DNA of 64,000 bases, taken from Rhynchopus sp. YZ270_cl-10. Taxonomy: Eukaryota. Under the pieces are notes generated by a model. That model saw only the letters and a program-made list of their open reading frames with translations. It was not told the DNA's origin and ran no database searches. Shown here in pieces: positions 11,357 through 23,614 of the stretch; position 1 is the stretch's first letter, and each line of letters starts with the position of its first letter. The position numbers and the translations under genes were made by a program. The stretch spans positions 1,612,001 through 1,676,000 of the forward strand of contig OZ037837.1 in the NCBI GenBank assembly GCA_964035575.1, written 5' to 3'.

Positions 11357-12100
11357 GGGGGGGGGAGTAAAGGGTCAATTTTACAAAACCAGATTTTGAG
11401 GAAAATTTTGGTCAAAAATGGGCCCCACGTATAAGCAACCGGGCTCATATTTCTCAAAATTTAAGTGGTCAAAAAATTGTCCAATTTTCGAGATTGACCC
11501 CACCACTGCACGGACGGATCCCAAAAATGCAAATAAGGACCCTTTTTAATTTGTTCTCTTGAAATGTGTAATTTCACGTTTTCGCGAAAAAAATAACAAC
11601 TGATCCTACAAGGGTTGAAGGAAGGTGGTTGAAAACAACAATAACAACAAGGACAAGTAATTGCTAAGATAAAACGGGGTGTGCTGTGGAAAGCTCCGCG
11701 CGATTTTCGAAACCACTGTAGCATCCTGGCGATTTGCTGGAGGTGCTGATGCGCCTGGTGTGATCGATGTGTTGTAGTCTGTGCATTCTGTGTTCCTTCC
11801 GCACTGCTCTAACGACGACGACAATGTGGGGAGCCTGTGGACAAAAACGAGCTGGAACACGCCGAGCCTGCCGAGCCGACGTCCAACAACGCTATCGAGC
11901 AGATGGTGCTGGACGAAGAGGACAGCCCCCTTCTTGAACGTTTCAGATGCTGGCGTCCCAGTGGGTCTGGCAGTGTACGAAGAGCGTTAGCATACCTGCA
12001 GAAGAGCAGAATGCTGGGCGTGTTGTAGATTATTTCTACAGGATGGAGTTCCACATCACACCCCGTTTTTTTTCCGATAGCAATTACTTGTTTTTTTTGA
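11357..12100 (+). mobile_element. Dispersed repeat with a GGGGGGGGAGTAAAGGGTC terminus; inverted diverged copy at ~18625-19482
   Basis: 11357-11545 pairs with ~19300-19482 and 11545-12100 with ~18625-19220. Both carry the residual peptide NNAIEQMVLDEEDSP. Confidence 0.8.
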
Positions 12101-12334
12101 AATTTTAGTTTCATTTTTTTCAATGCGATTGAAGCCCTCCACCTCTCCCACTCCCATGGTATAGCCCACGCCACCTAGCCTTCTCTCCCCATGCCACATA
12201 TGCAGCATACGCGCTAATAAGGGCAGCTGTCCTCGGACAGGTGAGTAGCGACACCTCCCTAGCAAGCTAGCATAAGAGAGTAGAGGCAGAAGCTTCATCC
12301 TTGAGGCTCTGCGACTGGCCAGTGTCGTGTATTG

Positions 12335-12524
12335 TACACTTTACACTTTACACTTTACACTTTACACTTTACACTTTACACTTTACACTTTACACTTTAC
12401 ACTTTACACTTTACACTTTACACTTTACACTTTACACTTTACACTTTACACTTTACACTTTACACTTTACACTTTACACTTTACACTTTACACTTTACAC
12501 TTTACACTTTACACTTTACACTTT
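12335..12524 (+). repeat. (ACACTTT)n microsatellite, ~27 units
   Basis: Read directly; paralog of 5333-5612. Confidence 0.98.
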
Positions 12525-12983
12525 ACTTGTTTTTGTTCCGTTAGCCATCCATGTAAGCGAAATGTTTTGGAGCGAAAATTTATTTCAAAAGAATGCGCTT
12601 AAATAATTGGCAGGTGCGAAGTAATTGTTTTTCTCTCCCTAGGCTAGCTGCAAGCGTAGGCCGCCCCAGACCACCCACAAGTAATGACATGAAATGGAGG
12701 CTACGTCAAATCTCAGTTAATACCAGTCAATACCAGTAAATATCAGTTTTTTTTCCAAGCTGGGAAAAGTAGTTGTCGAAAAAAAAATTTTTTTTTCCCA
12801 AAAATTTTTTTTCGACAACTACTTTTCCAAGCCTGAGAAAAACTGATATTTTACTGGTATTTTCCTGCATTGGTTTTTACTCTACGACGTACCCCTACCG
12901 GTATTTTCCCAGGCTTGGAAAAGTAGATGTCGAGAAAATTTTTTTCAAAAAAAAATTTTTTTTTTGAAAAATTTGACAACTAC

Positions 12984-13403
12984 CATGGATGTAGAAAGTA
13001 CGTGACGAAAAAAAAGTACTTTTTTTCCAAAAATCGGGTTACGTGATACTTCACGTACGTGACGTTTTTTGAAAAAAAAATTTACTTTTTTTACGTGATT
13101 TCGAAAAAAAAACAAAAAAAAGTACTTTTTTTTTCACGTGAAAATCAACGTACGCGAAAATAATGGAGCGTTTTCGGCCATAAAAATGCCCGAAAACACC
13201 CGCATTTGCATTTCCGGAATCCGCCCATTCTGTGGTGGGCGATATACAGAAAAATGGACAAAATTTTAGTGACTAAAATTTTCACGAAATATGAACCCAT
13301 ACCCAAATGGGTAAAAAAGTACTTTTTTTTTTTATTTTTCGTCACGTACTTTTTTACTTTTTTTTTTCAAAAAAAAGTACGTGAAGTACTTTCTACATCC
13401 ATG
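12984..13403. mobile_element. MITE with TIR CATGGATGTAGAAAGTAC and 6-bp TSD AACTAC
   Basis: AACTAC at 12978-12983 and 13404-13409. The interrupted motif GACAACTACTTTTCCAAGCCTG is intact at ~12814. Confidence 0.9.
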
Positions 13404-14121
13404 AACTACTTTTTCAAGCCTGGAAAAAAAAAATTTTTTTTTGGGCCTGACCTTGGGACCTTGTGCACCGAAAAATTCAAAAAACGGCAAAATTTTGATG
13501 TTTTGAGCATCTGTGGGTGAATCATATGCACTGCTACAGTGGCCTATTATTGGGTGTTTTCCTTAGCAAATTCCTTCACAAAACTCATTTTTGATTTTGG
13601 CAAAGGCAAATTTCAGGCCAAAAAAAATCGCCGGGGGGCTTCGCCCCCCGAACCCCCCATTGGGGGGCTTTGCCCCCCAAACCCCCCAGACCCCCCTATG
13701 CAATTGGGGGCCTGCGGCGCAGCTCGGAACTCTAGTGCATACCTAACGGGAACTCCAAATGGAGGTGTTTTTGTGCTTGCATCGTTACTACTTGCTCTCA
13801 TGTGCCATCTGACAGCCCCATGCAGGACAACACTATGGTGTCCAGCATCGGCAGTGCGTACAACTCGGCGCTGGAGTTATCGACGTGACGTGGGTCTGGG
13901 AAGACGTCTCGCATATTCAGTACAAGTGTGAACGGTGCGAAAGCACTACCCAGTTTGCCGCGAGGCGGCAGGGCTACCCTGCTCCTCTCCCCGGTGTTCA
14001 GTTTTATATTTTGAAAACTGGGTTGTCTTAGTGTGGACACCCGAGGATGAACTCCACTTTTCAAAACGCTGTTTAGTAACCGCTGATGAACACGCTGATG
14101 ATCTCTCCTGTGTGGGAGATG

Positions 14122-15730
14122 TCACACTGATGACGCTAAGGTTGCTCCCCACCGGTCCATCATCAGATGGGGGCGAAGCAGACGTTGTGGGTAGGCGGTT
14201 CTAGTCCGCTTTATTCTTGTTTCATGCTCGGGGGAAGTTGAGCGTTTTCTTTTTGATTGACGCCCTTTTGTGGCGGTGGGACCAGGCTCAGGGTCACCTG
14301 TGGGTGGTTTGTCGGGCACTGTATCAGGCAGTGCAGGCGGCTCAGGTTCTGGTAGTACGGGAGGGGTCACGATGGTGATGCACTGCCTTGGCGTTCCCCG
14401 TCGAACAAGGCTTGTAGGGGTGGCAGGGGTGGCGGTATTGTTACGCAGGCGTCGTCGGGGCGAGGTCCACTGAGCGGCACGCGCAGTGATGGTGGTGTTG
14501 TAGGCGGGGAGGGGGCAGGTGCCCCAGTCACGGTCGGAGAGGGAACTGATGGACCTCGTCAGGTACTTCAGGATAGTGGCGATGCTGCCGGCGCAGAGTT
14601 TGGCACGTGGAGTGTGCCCACCAGACCGGAGGTGCACCGATAGGCCGTAGGCAGTGCAGCATCGTCACTTTTCTCTCCGGGAACGGGGCAGTCCAGCTTG
14701 TTCTCGGCGCAGTGCTTCCGGAACCATCGAAGCCAGAGGGACATCGCCTTCCCCCGCTCACGCACAGACAGGGCATGGGCGACCTGTTTGCACTGTCGCA
14801 GCGAGATGCCTGAGTATACCTCAAAGCTAATACCCAGCTCAATGTTGCTGATGCAACTGTTGCTGTCCTCAACAGACCTCAGCCACGCAAGAAAAGCAGT
14901 GTGTCGCTCAGGGCCGTATTTCCACGACGGAGGCGCCCTCGAGGGGAGCCGGCTCCAGTCAAAGTCCACGGAAAGTGACGGGGTGTCCGCAGCCCTGTCC
15001 CAGGGCAGGCGGGCTTTGGTACCCAGGCATTGTGTAGGGTAATTGTGTTTGCATACAGCTAAACCAAGACAACGTGGTCACCTTTAGTCCGTATTTGGAT
15101 CGTAGTGACCAATGTCATGCGCTTAGGTGCCCATCAATGGGTCGGGGAGTGATCAAAGTTAAGGGAAATTATTCTGGCGTAAATGATGGATCAGATCTGC
15201 CGTCACTGCCTCACCCGGTCCCTCCCTTTGAAAAAAAATCCCTCGTATGACTTTCAGAGATGGCAATGCCCAATTCCTACCCTTGGTCTTGCAGCTCAGT
15301 CTACAATAGCCCTGTACTAGACACGCCCGGTCGTAGACTCGACTATAGCACTGCCCCCGCATGTGCCTCGTCTTCTTTATCTTCTTCAGAGTCCACATTT
15401 GCATGCGGGCACCTAATACACCACACGTCGCCTTTTCTCGGTTTCCTAGACCCAGTCTCCCATCACCAATGAGGACACCTTCGGCAGGCCCACTAGTGGA
15501 TGCGGCGCTTTGCCTTTACTGTCATTCCACCGCGTCTACAAGGGTTTTAGAGCGGACTTGTCGTAGAACCGCCCATACAGTGTCCCCGACACTTTCCCGC
15601 CCCCAACGGTGTTGAACCTCAGGTCCCCTGGCTTAGCCACTAAGAGAAAACCTGCAGCGTCCGCAGACGCATACACGTCTGCGGCCATCACTGGCTTAGA
15701 GGGGCCGTGTGACGCACTGATTTCGACACG
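14122..15730 (-). pseudogene. Degenerate coding remnant, probably the 3' part of a non-LTR retrotransposon ORF
   Basis: Overlapping broken ORFs (14122..14637, 14568..14969, 15159..15404). At ~15350-15420 a decayed zinc-knuckle-like string RCPHANVDSEEDKEDEAHA..C resembles the C-terminal CCHC knuckle of LINEs. Confidence 0.4.
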
Positions 15731-15935
15731 TTGCCGAAGAAGCGCGATCGCGCTTTGTGTGGTTTTGTGTATCCCTTGTGAACCTGGAATCGATAGCAGA
15801 CAGGAAAAAGAGGATGGGCAGGCAGCACCTGCCCGACCTGTGTTAAGTGAATCAGTGATTGCCTGACAGATGTCTGGGTAACCGTGTATTCTGTGTGGGT
15901 ATCCGTGTCCGGAGTATACACGACGGTGAAGTAAA

Positions 15936-16615
15936 ATGACATGACATGACATGACATGACATGACATGACATGACATGACATGACATGACATGACATGAC
16001 ATGACATGACATGACATGACATGACATGACATGACATGACATGACATGACATGACATGACATGACATGACATGACATGACATGACATGACATGACATGAC
16101 ATGACATGACATGACATGACATGACATGACATGACATGACATGACATGACATGACATGACATGACATGACATGACATGACATGACATGACATGACATGAC
16201 ATGACATGACATGACATGACATGACATGACATGACATGACATGACATGACATGACATGACATGACATGACATGACATGACATGACATGACATGACATGAC
16301 ATGACATGACATGACATGACATGACATGACATGACATGACATGACATGACATGACATGACATGACATGACATGACATGACATGACATGACATGACATGAC
16401 ATGACATGACATGACATGACATGACATGACATGACATGACATGACATGACATGACATGACATGACATGACATGACATGACATGACATGACATGACATGAC
16501 ATGACATGACATGACATGACATGACATGACATGACATGACATGACATGACATGACATGACATGACATGACATGACATGACATGACATGACATGACATGAC
16601 ATGACATGACATGAC
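15936..16615. repeat. (ATGAC)n microsatellite, ~136 units
   Basis: Read directly; gives the spurious MSCHV ORFs. Confidence 0.98.
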
Positions 16616-18311
16616 ATGCGCTTTTACATGTGCTTTCCATGTAACTTTTTTTACATGTACTTTACATGTAAAGTGACATGTGCCATGACAAGGTGCATGA
16701 CCAGTTACATGACAAGACTAACTAACGACAAGACTCCTGTATATAATGAGTGGCGTTAGGCCCTTGTCATTATTTAGTCTTGTCATGCAACTAGTCATAC
16801 CCCCTTGTGTCATTGCTCACACTCGGTTGTGGTGCAACGTACCGGGGTACCCTAAATAGGGTCCGCGCGGGGTACTCAGTCCAATCCGGACTGAGCGCTC
16901 ACCCCGAGTCCGCCGGGCTGACTCGGGGTCCGGCCAATAGGGTCCGGCCACTCCATCGTGTGGTTTGTGTCGGATTGGTAGCCTTGAACAGGGAAATAGC
17001 TAATGGAATTGGAACCTCTGTCGCGGTGTCGCAACGACTGCTCTGCAAGTCGCCACCAGATCCACTTTTATGAAAATAAGTGTAGGGGAGGACCTCTCAC
17101 AACTTCTGAGCAAAGTCGGTTTTTGACACAAAATCGGGGTGGGTGGGCCATAATTTGCTCCAAATATGACCAGTCGAAAATTGGGATTTTTCTGAAATTT
17201 GCATTGTGCCCAGCAAAAATCCTCGTTTTTTTGAAGAATTTTACAAAAAATATGCTATGCCCCCTATGACTGGACCCAACCCCCCTCACTATTTTTTGCC
17301 TAAAAAAGCCCCAAAAATTCTGCAGGTTTTTTCAGGTTTTGCGATTTTTACGAGATTTAGCGTAGCCTCCAATGAAAATATTACAAAATGAGCAAATAAT
17401 ACCCAGATGCAAATAATAAGTGAGACTCTGCTTGAACAAAGAAAGAACGTTCTGTAACCTGCAACTGGTAAATTGGTTGAAATCAATGAAATCTGCGAAG
17501 TAGTTAAAAGTTGTTTTTAAGAGTTGCGGACGACCTGCGTTTGTACCTTTCTGCAGTACACAGGCTTCGACCCGACATTGAGTACAGATCCTGACCCAGC
17601 TGGTGTAAAGTGATTGTTGACAAAAACGCTGCTTTCACTGTTGCAATCTAGCTCCGCAATCTCCCTCTGTTGCTGGTAATTAATGTTCTGCTTTGTGAAG
17701 ATCCGCACGGGAGCGAAATATCATGAGTTCCATTGCCAGCACCTCCACAGTGACTATTCTTGCTACATGCGTGGGGAAAATGAAAGTCAAACATAGAAAC
17801 TGACTTCAGGGTGCGCTGCGAAGAGTAAGTTTACATAAGAAAGGCAGAGGGAGCACATTTTTTTTTTCCGCTCCGCAAGTTGATGTATTTGCTGTCAGTA
17901 GTTTTGTTCGTTGAGCATGAGAAGAAGAAAGGTAAACAACGCTAGCGGGCACATTTCAAACTCTCCCCCTATTTCGTTTCCCGTTTTTCCTGTGTGGGCG
18001 AAGATAGTTATTGACACCGTTCGTATTTCTAATTTGGTGCTTTTTGTTTTTTTGTGAATACGATTTCCTCAATTACGAGGAGGCAGCAGTCAGACGAGGA
18101 GTGGCGACACCCCCCTTGCGAACTATCTGAAGCACACACAGAAGTCATACCCTATAAACTAAGGCTCTACGACTGCACATCTTCCCTGAGCCTCTCCAGC
18201 CCCACCCCTTCCACACAGCTCTCCCCAGCCAAAGGAAAAATAAGTAAAAGTACATATTTTGTTCCGTTTTTGGAGCGAAGTGATTGTCCACACAACAGTG
18301 TATTTTTTGGG

Positions 18312-18587
18312 CCGGTTGGGGGGGGGTCAGTGACCCCCCCCAAATTTTCTCCGGAAATTTGGGCCGGTGGGGGGGGTCAGTTTTTTCAGCTGGGTTTGAG
18401 GTGTTTCCTCGGCGTGGTGTAAAAAGCTATACATTTACACCGTACCCAAAAAATTTTTCGCCTGCGGCGCCATTTTTTTTGTTTTTTTTTTTGCTCCGCA
18501 AAAAAAAAAAATATACAGTTCACTATGTTCCCTGGTCGTGCTGAAAAAAAAATTTGGGCAAAAAAACAAACTGACCCCCCCCAAACT
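18312..18587. mobile_element. Small MITE-like element with GGGGGGGGTCAG / CTGACCCCCCCC inverted motifs
   Basis: Motif at ~18318 and ~18369; inverted copies at ~18331 and ~18571. Confidence 0.45.
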
Positions 18588-20045
18588 TAAAATCTGGATT
18601 CCTGGATAAGACACTGGCACACAACAAAAAAAAAACAAGTAATTGCTATCGGAAAAAAAACCGGGTGTGCTGTGGAACTCCACTCTGAAAAAAATATAAT
18701 CTACAACACGCCAGCATTCTGCTCTTCTGCAGGTATGCTAAAACGCTCTTCGTACGCTGGCCCCACTGGGATGCCTGCATCTGAAACGTTCAAACAGTGG
18801 GGCTGTCCTCTTCGTCCAGCACCATCTGCTCGATCGCGTTATTGGACGTAGTCTCGGCAGGCTCGATAACCATTCGCTCGGGCGGCCTCGGCATGTTCCA
18901 GCTCGTAGTCGTCCACAGGCTCCCACGCATCGTCGTCGTCATCAGAGCAGTGCGGAAGGAACACATAATGCACAGACGACAACACGTCGTCGATCGCACC
19001 AGGCATCGTCACATCAGCACCTCCAGAAAATCGCCAGGATGCTATGGTGGTTCCGAAAATCGCGCGGAGTTATCCACAGCACACCCCATTTTTTTTCTTA
19101 GCAATTAGTTGTTCTTGTTATTATTGTTTTCCACACACCTTCCTTCAACCCTTGTAGGATCAGTTCGTATTTTTTTCGCGAAAACATGAAATTACACATT
19201 TCAAGAGAACAAAAAATTAAAAAGGGTTCGCCCCCTCAATGGGACGTCGTAAACCATAATTCCTCAGTGTCAGCCGCATCATTTCAATGAAACCAAAAAG
19301 TGGCTTATTTGCATTTTTGGGCTCCGCCCGTGCAGCGGTGGGGTCATTTCGGAAAATTGGACAATTTTTTGACCACTTAAATTTTGAGAAATATGAGCCC
19401 GGTTCCTTATACGTGGGCCCATTTTTGGCCAAAATTTTTCTCAAAATCGACGAAATTAAAATTAGACCCCTTACCCCCCCCCAGAATCATTTCAATACAC
19501 TACCTGTATTGGTTGCTGACGCGTGTATACAGGAAGGTTGGGAAAAAAAAAGCAATTGTCTGCACAACAAAAAAGGCGCTCCTGAAACAACAGAAACTCT
19601 CTCCCCATTTTCTCCCGATTTGATTGCAGCCTTTTCCTCTTCCTTTCTTCAGGAAGAGAAATCCGCTTGTTCTCGTTATGCTGTTTTGCACTTTGTCGCT
19701 TTACTCCAGAACTCTGTTCTGTATCTTGTCGTTGCGTTCGTCGTATGTTCTTTGCGAAATGGTGAGTGTCATGTGCAGTTGACTTATGCCTCAACTCTGT
19801 GTTACATTCATGGAACGAAGAGTGTTGCCGCGCTACCGAAATGCTTTTTCTTGCTTGCTGTTCAGCACCACATAAAGGTCTTCTGCCAACATTGCACACA
19901 CACCCTGGTTACTCACGAAGGTGCTGAGGAGATTGTGAACACAGTTAAGTATAAATGCTGTCACCACTCTGTTTCTATCCCATAAACACACACCCAACCC
20001 CTTCCAGACACCCCTGCACCCTCCCACCTCTCCGCAACACACAAC

Positions 20046-21653
20046 ATGTGTTTCGCGCAGCCCACCGCACCACAGATGCCGAGCTGTGAGAACTGTGACG
20101 AGCCTGCACAGCTGCAGTGCGGGATCTGCACGGAGCTGTTCTTCTGCGACACACCTGCGTGCTTCGAAGTGTTCCACTCATCCTTGAGGGCACGTGACCG
20201 TGAGGCACATCGCACTTCTGTGACTCCTTACGGGACGCCGTCGAAGTGTGCACAGCACCCAGGCCAAGAGCTGTGCGTCGTCTGTGAAGACCCTGCGTGT
20301 GGAGACGCATTGATCTGCATGCGCTGTGCTTACTTCGGACATACGGGACACAAGACAGTTGACATCACGGACTACATGAAACGCCAGCGTGACACCCTCC
20401 ACTCGCACGTGGCAGACCTGACAACACAGCGGACTGCTGCAGAGGAGAAGTGCCGTGTGCTTGAGGCACTCCCACGCACGGAGGACAGGTACAAAGACCT
20501 TCTCCTGCAGACACGCGTCGGGCACCTCGTAATGCGTGAGGATGTGTCGCGCAGCGAAGTTGTGTGTGAGGAGGAGGTGGCACGGAGCTTCCTCACACAG
20601 GCACTCAGTCGTGAAGGGGAGGTGTGTGCGCTGAAGACGTTTGTTGCGAAGGTAGGACGCCTGATTGCTGAGTGTGAGGCGGTGTGCCAGCTTGGGGACG
20701 ACCAGGTGCTGCGTGCAGTCACAGAGTCGCAGGCCGTTGTGCGGAGCATCAACATACTGAGCATGGCAGCGAGTGGAGACCGCCACCGCCTTGTGGGTTC
20801 TGCAGACCCACACGCAACGTTTTCCCTGAAGCTTCCTGTTTCGAACGTGCACGACGCCCTTGCCCAGATGTCTGCGCTTGTTGTGCCCGTCCTTGTGCAG
20901 GGGTTGGATGGAGCGGAACACGAGATTGAGGTGAGTGTGGATGACACGGGCAGGGACTTGCGTCGGAAGGTGGCGTCTGCAGTGGGGTTGCGTGAAGGCT
21001 GCTTCGACATGACTTTCAGAGATGAAGTGATTGCAGAAGGAGAGGACGTGGTGCAGCTGAGGGGTCACAGGGTTGTTGTAACACTCCAGACAGAGAGGAC
21101 GAAGCAGGATGCCATTGCAGCACTTCGTGCGTTGGGTGAGACACTTACATCAGAAAGGTTGAAGCAGGTGAGTGATGAAGGCAGTGATCCGAAGGTGGCT
21201 TGCTTGCTGCTGCAGGCACAAGTTGCGACTGCGATTCCGAACAGCTTCTTCTCGAGTACTGCAGTGACGTGCATCGATCTCAGTCGTGCGTCTGCTGTGA
21301 CTGTGATCGGGAACAACTTTCTTCGTGACTGCACAGCTTTGATCAAAGTTGATTTGAGTGGATTACAAAGTGTCACCTCGCTTGGCGACTCGTTCCTCCG
21401 TGGGTGCACATCATTGTCGGCAGTTGATCTGAGCGGACTGCAAGCTGTCACCTCGATTGGGCACGCATTTCTGGACGGGTGCAAATCATTGAGGACAGTT
21501 GATCTGAGTGCATTGCAAGCTGTCACGACTATTGTCATTGCTCCGGTTGGTGGAGGCTTCGTCGCCGGGTGCAAAAAGTTGAAGACCTTGCATGGAAAGG
21601 ACAAGTGCAGCAAAGTTGTATTCAGCAGTTTGCCTGAACCTTTACGCCGTTGA
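20046..21653 (+). CDS. Tandem B-box zinc fingers + coiled-coil + ubiquitin-like domain + LRRs (RING-less TRIM-like), 535 aa
   Basis: B-box patterns CENC..CGIC..C..C..H..H and CAQH..C..C..CMRC..HTGH; Ubl-like VLVQGLDGAEHEIEVSVDDTGRDLRRKVA; 24-aa xDLSGLQxVTSIGxxFLxxC repeats; AC-rich leader. Alternative start at 20076. Confidence 0.9.
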   Translation: MCFAQPTAPQMPSCENCDEPAQLQCGICTELFFCDTPACFEVFHSSLRARDREAHRTSVTPYGTPSKCAQHPGQELCVVCEDPACGDALICMRCAYFGHTGHKTVDITDYMKRQRDTLHSHVADLTTQRTAAEEKCRVLEALPRTEDRYKDLLLQTRVGHLVMREDVSRSEVVCEEEVARSFLTQALSREGEVCALKTFVAKVGRLIAECEAVCQLGDDQVLRAVTESQAVVRSINILSMAASGDRHRLVGSADPHATFSLKLPVSNVHDALAQMSALVVPVLVQGLDGAEHEIEVSVDDTGRDLRRKVASAVGLREGCFDMTFRDEVIAEGEDVVQLRGHRVVVTLQTERTKQDAIAALRALGETLTSERLKQVSDEGSDPKVACLLLQAQVATAIPNSFFSSTAVTCIDLSRASAVTVIGNNFLRDCTALIKVDLSGLQSVTSLGDSFLRGCTSLSAVDLSGLQAVTSIGHAFLDGCKSLRTVDLSALQAVTTIVIAPVGGGFVAGCKKLKTLHGKDKCSKVVFSSLPEPLRR

Positions 21654-21871
21654 GAAGCAAGAAACCATTCACTTTTGCAGCAGTTGTTGTTGTGCGTTCA
21701 ACCCGGTTCTTGCCTCCTCACAAGGGTACAAAGCGTGATACTTACTGCAACTTAACCTTTTCTCAGCCCAGAAGAGAGGCAGTGGTCATCTCACTTCACT
21801 TTAAGGAAAGTGTTTTCTTTGTTGGCCTCCGTTTCTATGTGGTTTTTGGGGAGTACCTACCCCCCCCCGTA

Positions 21872-23614
21872 GCATACCTTCGCAAATTTATGACGTAGCG
21901 CGTAGCGCGTAGCGCGTAGCGCGTAGCGCGTAGCGCGTAGCGGGGGGGACGTAGCGGGGGGGAGATAAGGTAGCGTACATAACGTAGCGTACGTAGCGTA
22001 ACGTAACGGTAGCGTAACGTACGTAGCGCACATGACGTAGCGTACGTAACGTACATGACGTAGCGCACATAACGTAGCGTACATAACGTAGCATACGTAG
22101 CGTACATAACATAGCGTACATAGCGTACATGACGTAGCGTACATAGCGTACATGACGTAGCGCACATAACGTAGCGTACATAACGTAGCATACGTAGCGT
22201 ACATAACATAGCGTACATAGCGTACATGACGTAGCGCACATAACGTAGCATACGTAGCGCACATAACGTAGCGTACATAACATAGCGTACATAGCGTACA
22301 TGACGTAGCGTACATAGCGTACATGACGTAGCGCACATAACGTAGCATACGTAACGTACATGACGTAGCGCACATAACGTAGCATACGTAGCGTACATGA
22401 CATAGCGTACATGACGTAGCGTACATAGCGTACATGACGTAGCGCACATAACGTAGCATACGTAGCGCACATAACGTAGCGTACATAACATAGCGTACAT
22501 AGCGTACATGACGTAGCGTACATAGCGTACGTAGCGCACATAACGTAGCGTACGTAGCGTACATGACATAGCGTACATGACGTAGCGTACATAGCGTACA
22601 TGACGTAGCGCACATAACGTAGCGTACATAACGTAGCATACGTAGCGTACATAACATAGCGTACATAGCGTACATGACGTAGCGCACATAACGTAGCATA
22701 CGTAGCGCACATAACGTAGCGTACATAACATAGCGTACATAGCGTACATGACGTAGCGTACATAGCGTACGTAGCGCACATAACGTAGCGTACGTAGCGT
22801 ACATGACGTAGCGTACGTAACGTAGCATACGTAACGTACATGACGTAGCGCACATAACGTAGCATACGTAGCGTACATAACATAGCGTACATGACGTAGC
22901 GCACATAACGTAGCATACGTAGCGCACATAACGTAGCGTACATAACATAGCGTACATAGCGTACATGACGTAGCGTACATAGCGTACGTAGCGCACATAA
23001 CGTAGCGTACGTAGCGTACATGACGTAGCGTACGTAACGTAGCATACGTAACGTACATGACGTAGCGTACATAACGTAGCATACGTAGCGTACATAACAT
23101 AGCGTACATAGCGTACATGACGTAGCGTACGTAACGTAGCATACGTAACGTACATGACGTAGCGCACATAACGTAGCATACGTAGCGTACATAACATAGC
23201 GTACATAGCGTACATGACGTAGCGTACATAGCGTACATGACGTAGCGCACATAACGTAGCGTACGTAGCGTACATGACGTAGCGTACGTAATGTAGCATA
23301 CGTAACGTACATGACGTAGCGCACATAACGTAGCGTACGTAACTTACATGACGTAGCGTACATAGCGTACGTACGTTCATGCGGCCAAATTTGACGAAAT
23401 TTAATGTGCCAAGAACTTGTCCAATTTTCGAAATTGACCCCACGGTGGAAAGATCAGTGATCCGAAAATGCAAATAACAGCACTTTTGGCCACATTCTCC
23501 ACATGGGTGTAACATTCCCTGTACAAAAGGCTCACGACCCCTATTCGCAAAAAGGGACGTAGCGCGTAGCGCGTAGCGCCACCCCAAAATCAGGGTCAAT
23601 TTGCGAAGGTATGC
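21872..23614. mobile_element. TIR element (GCATACCTTCGCAAATT, 17 bp) filled with a complex GTAGCGTACAT/GACGTAGCGCACATAAC satellite
   Basis: Perfect TIRs at 21872-21888 and 23598-23614, with CCCGTA on both flanks (21866-21871, 23615-23620). Satellite at ~21891-23375. Confidence 0.82.

Larger units (their letters stand above)
12696..17370. mobile_element. 4.7-kb composite non-autonomous TIR element with a 3-bp TSD (PIF/Harbinger-like)
   Basis: TIRs GGAGGCTACGTCAAATCTC / GAGATTTAGCGTAGCCTCC; TSD AAT (12693-12695, 17371-17373). The empty site CATGAAATGAAAATATT is present at ~5994-6010. Confidence 0.9.

Noticed and set aside
17517..17708. 63-aa minus-strand ORF
   Set aside because: It is short, lacks an ATG start and has no motif support.
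11357..19482. A single 8-kb element with 750-bp TIRs
   Set aside because: The arms are noticeably diverged, no matching TSD was found, and the interior is host duplication sequence. Two independent copies are more likely.
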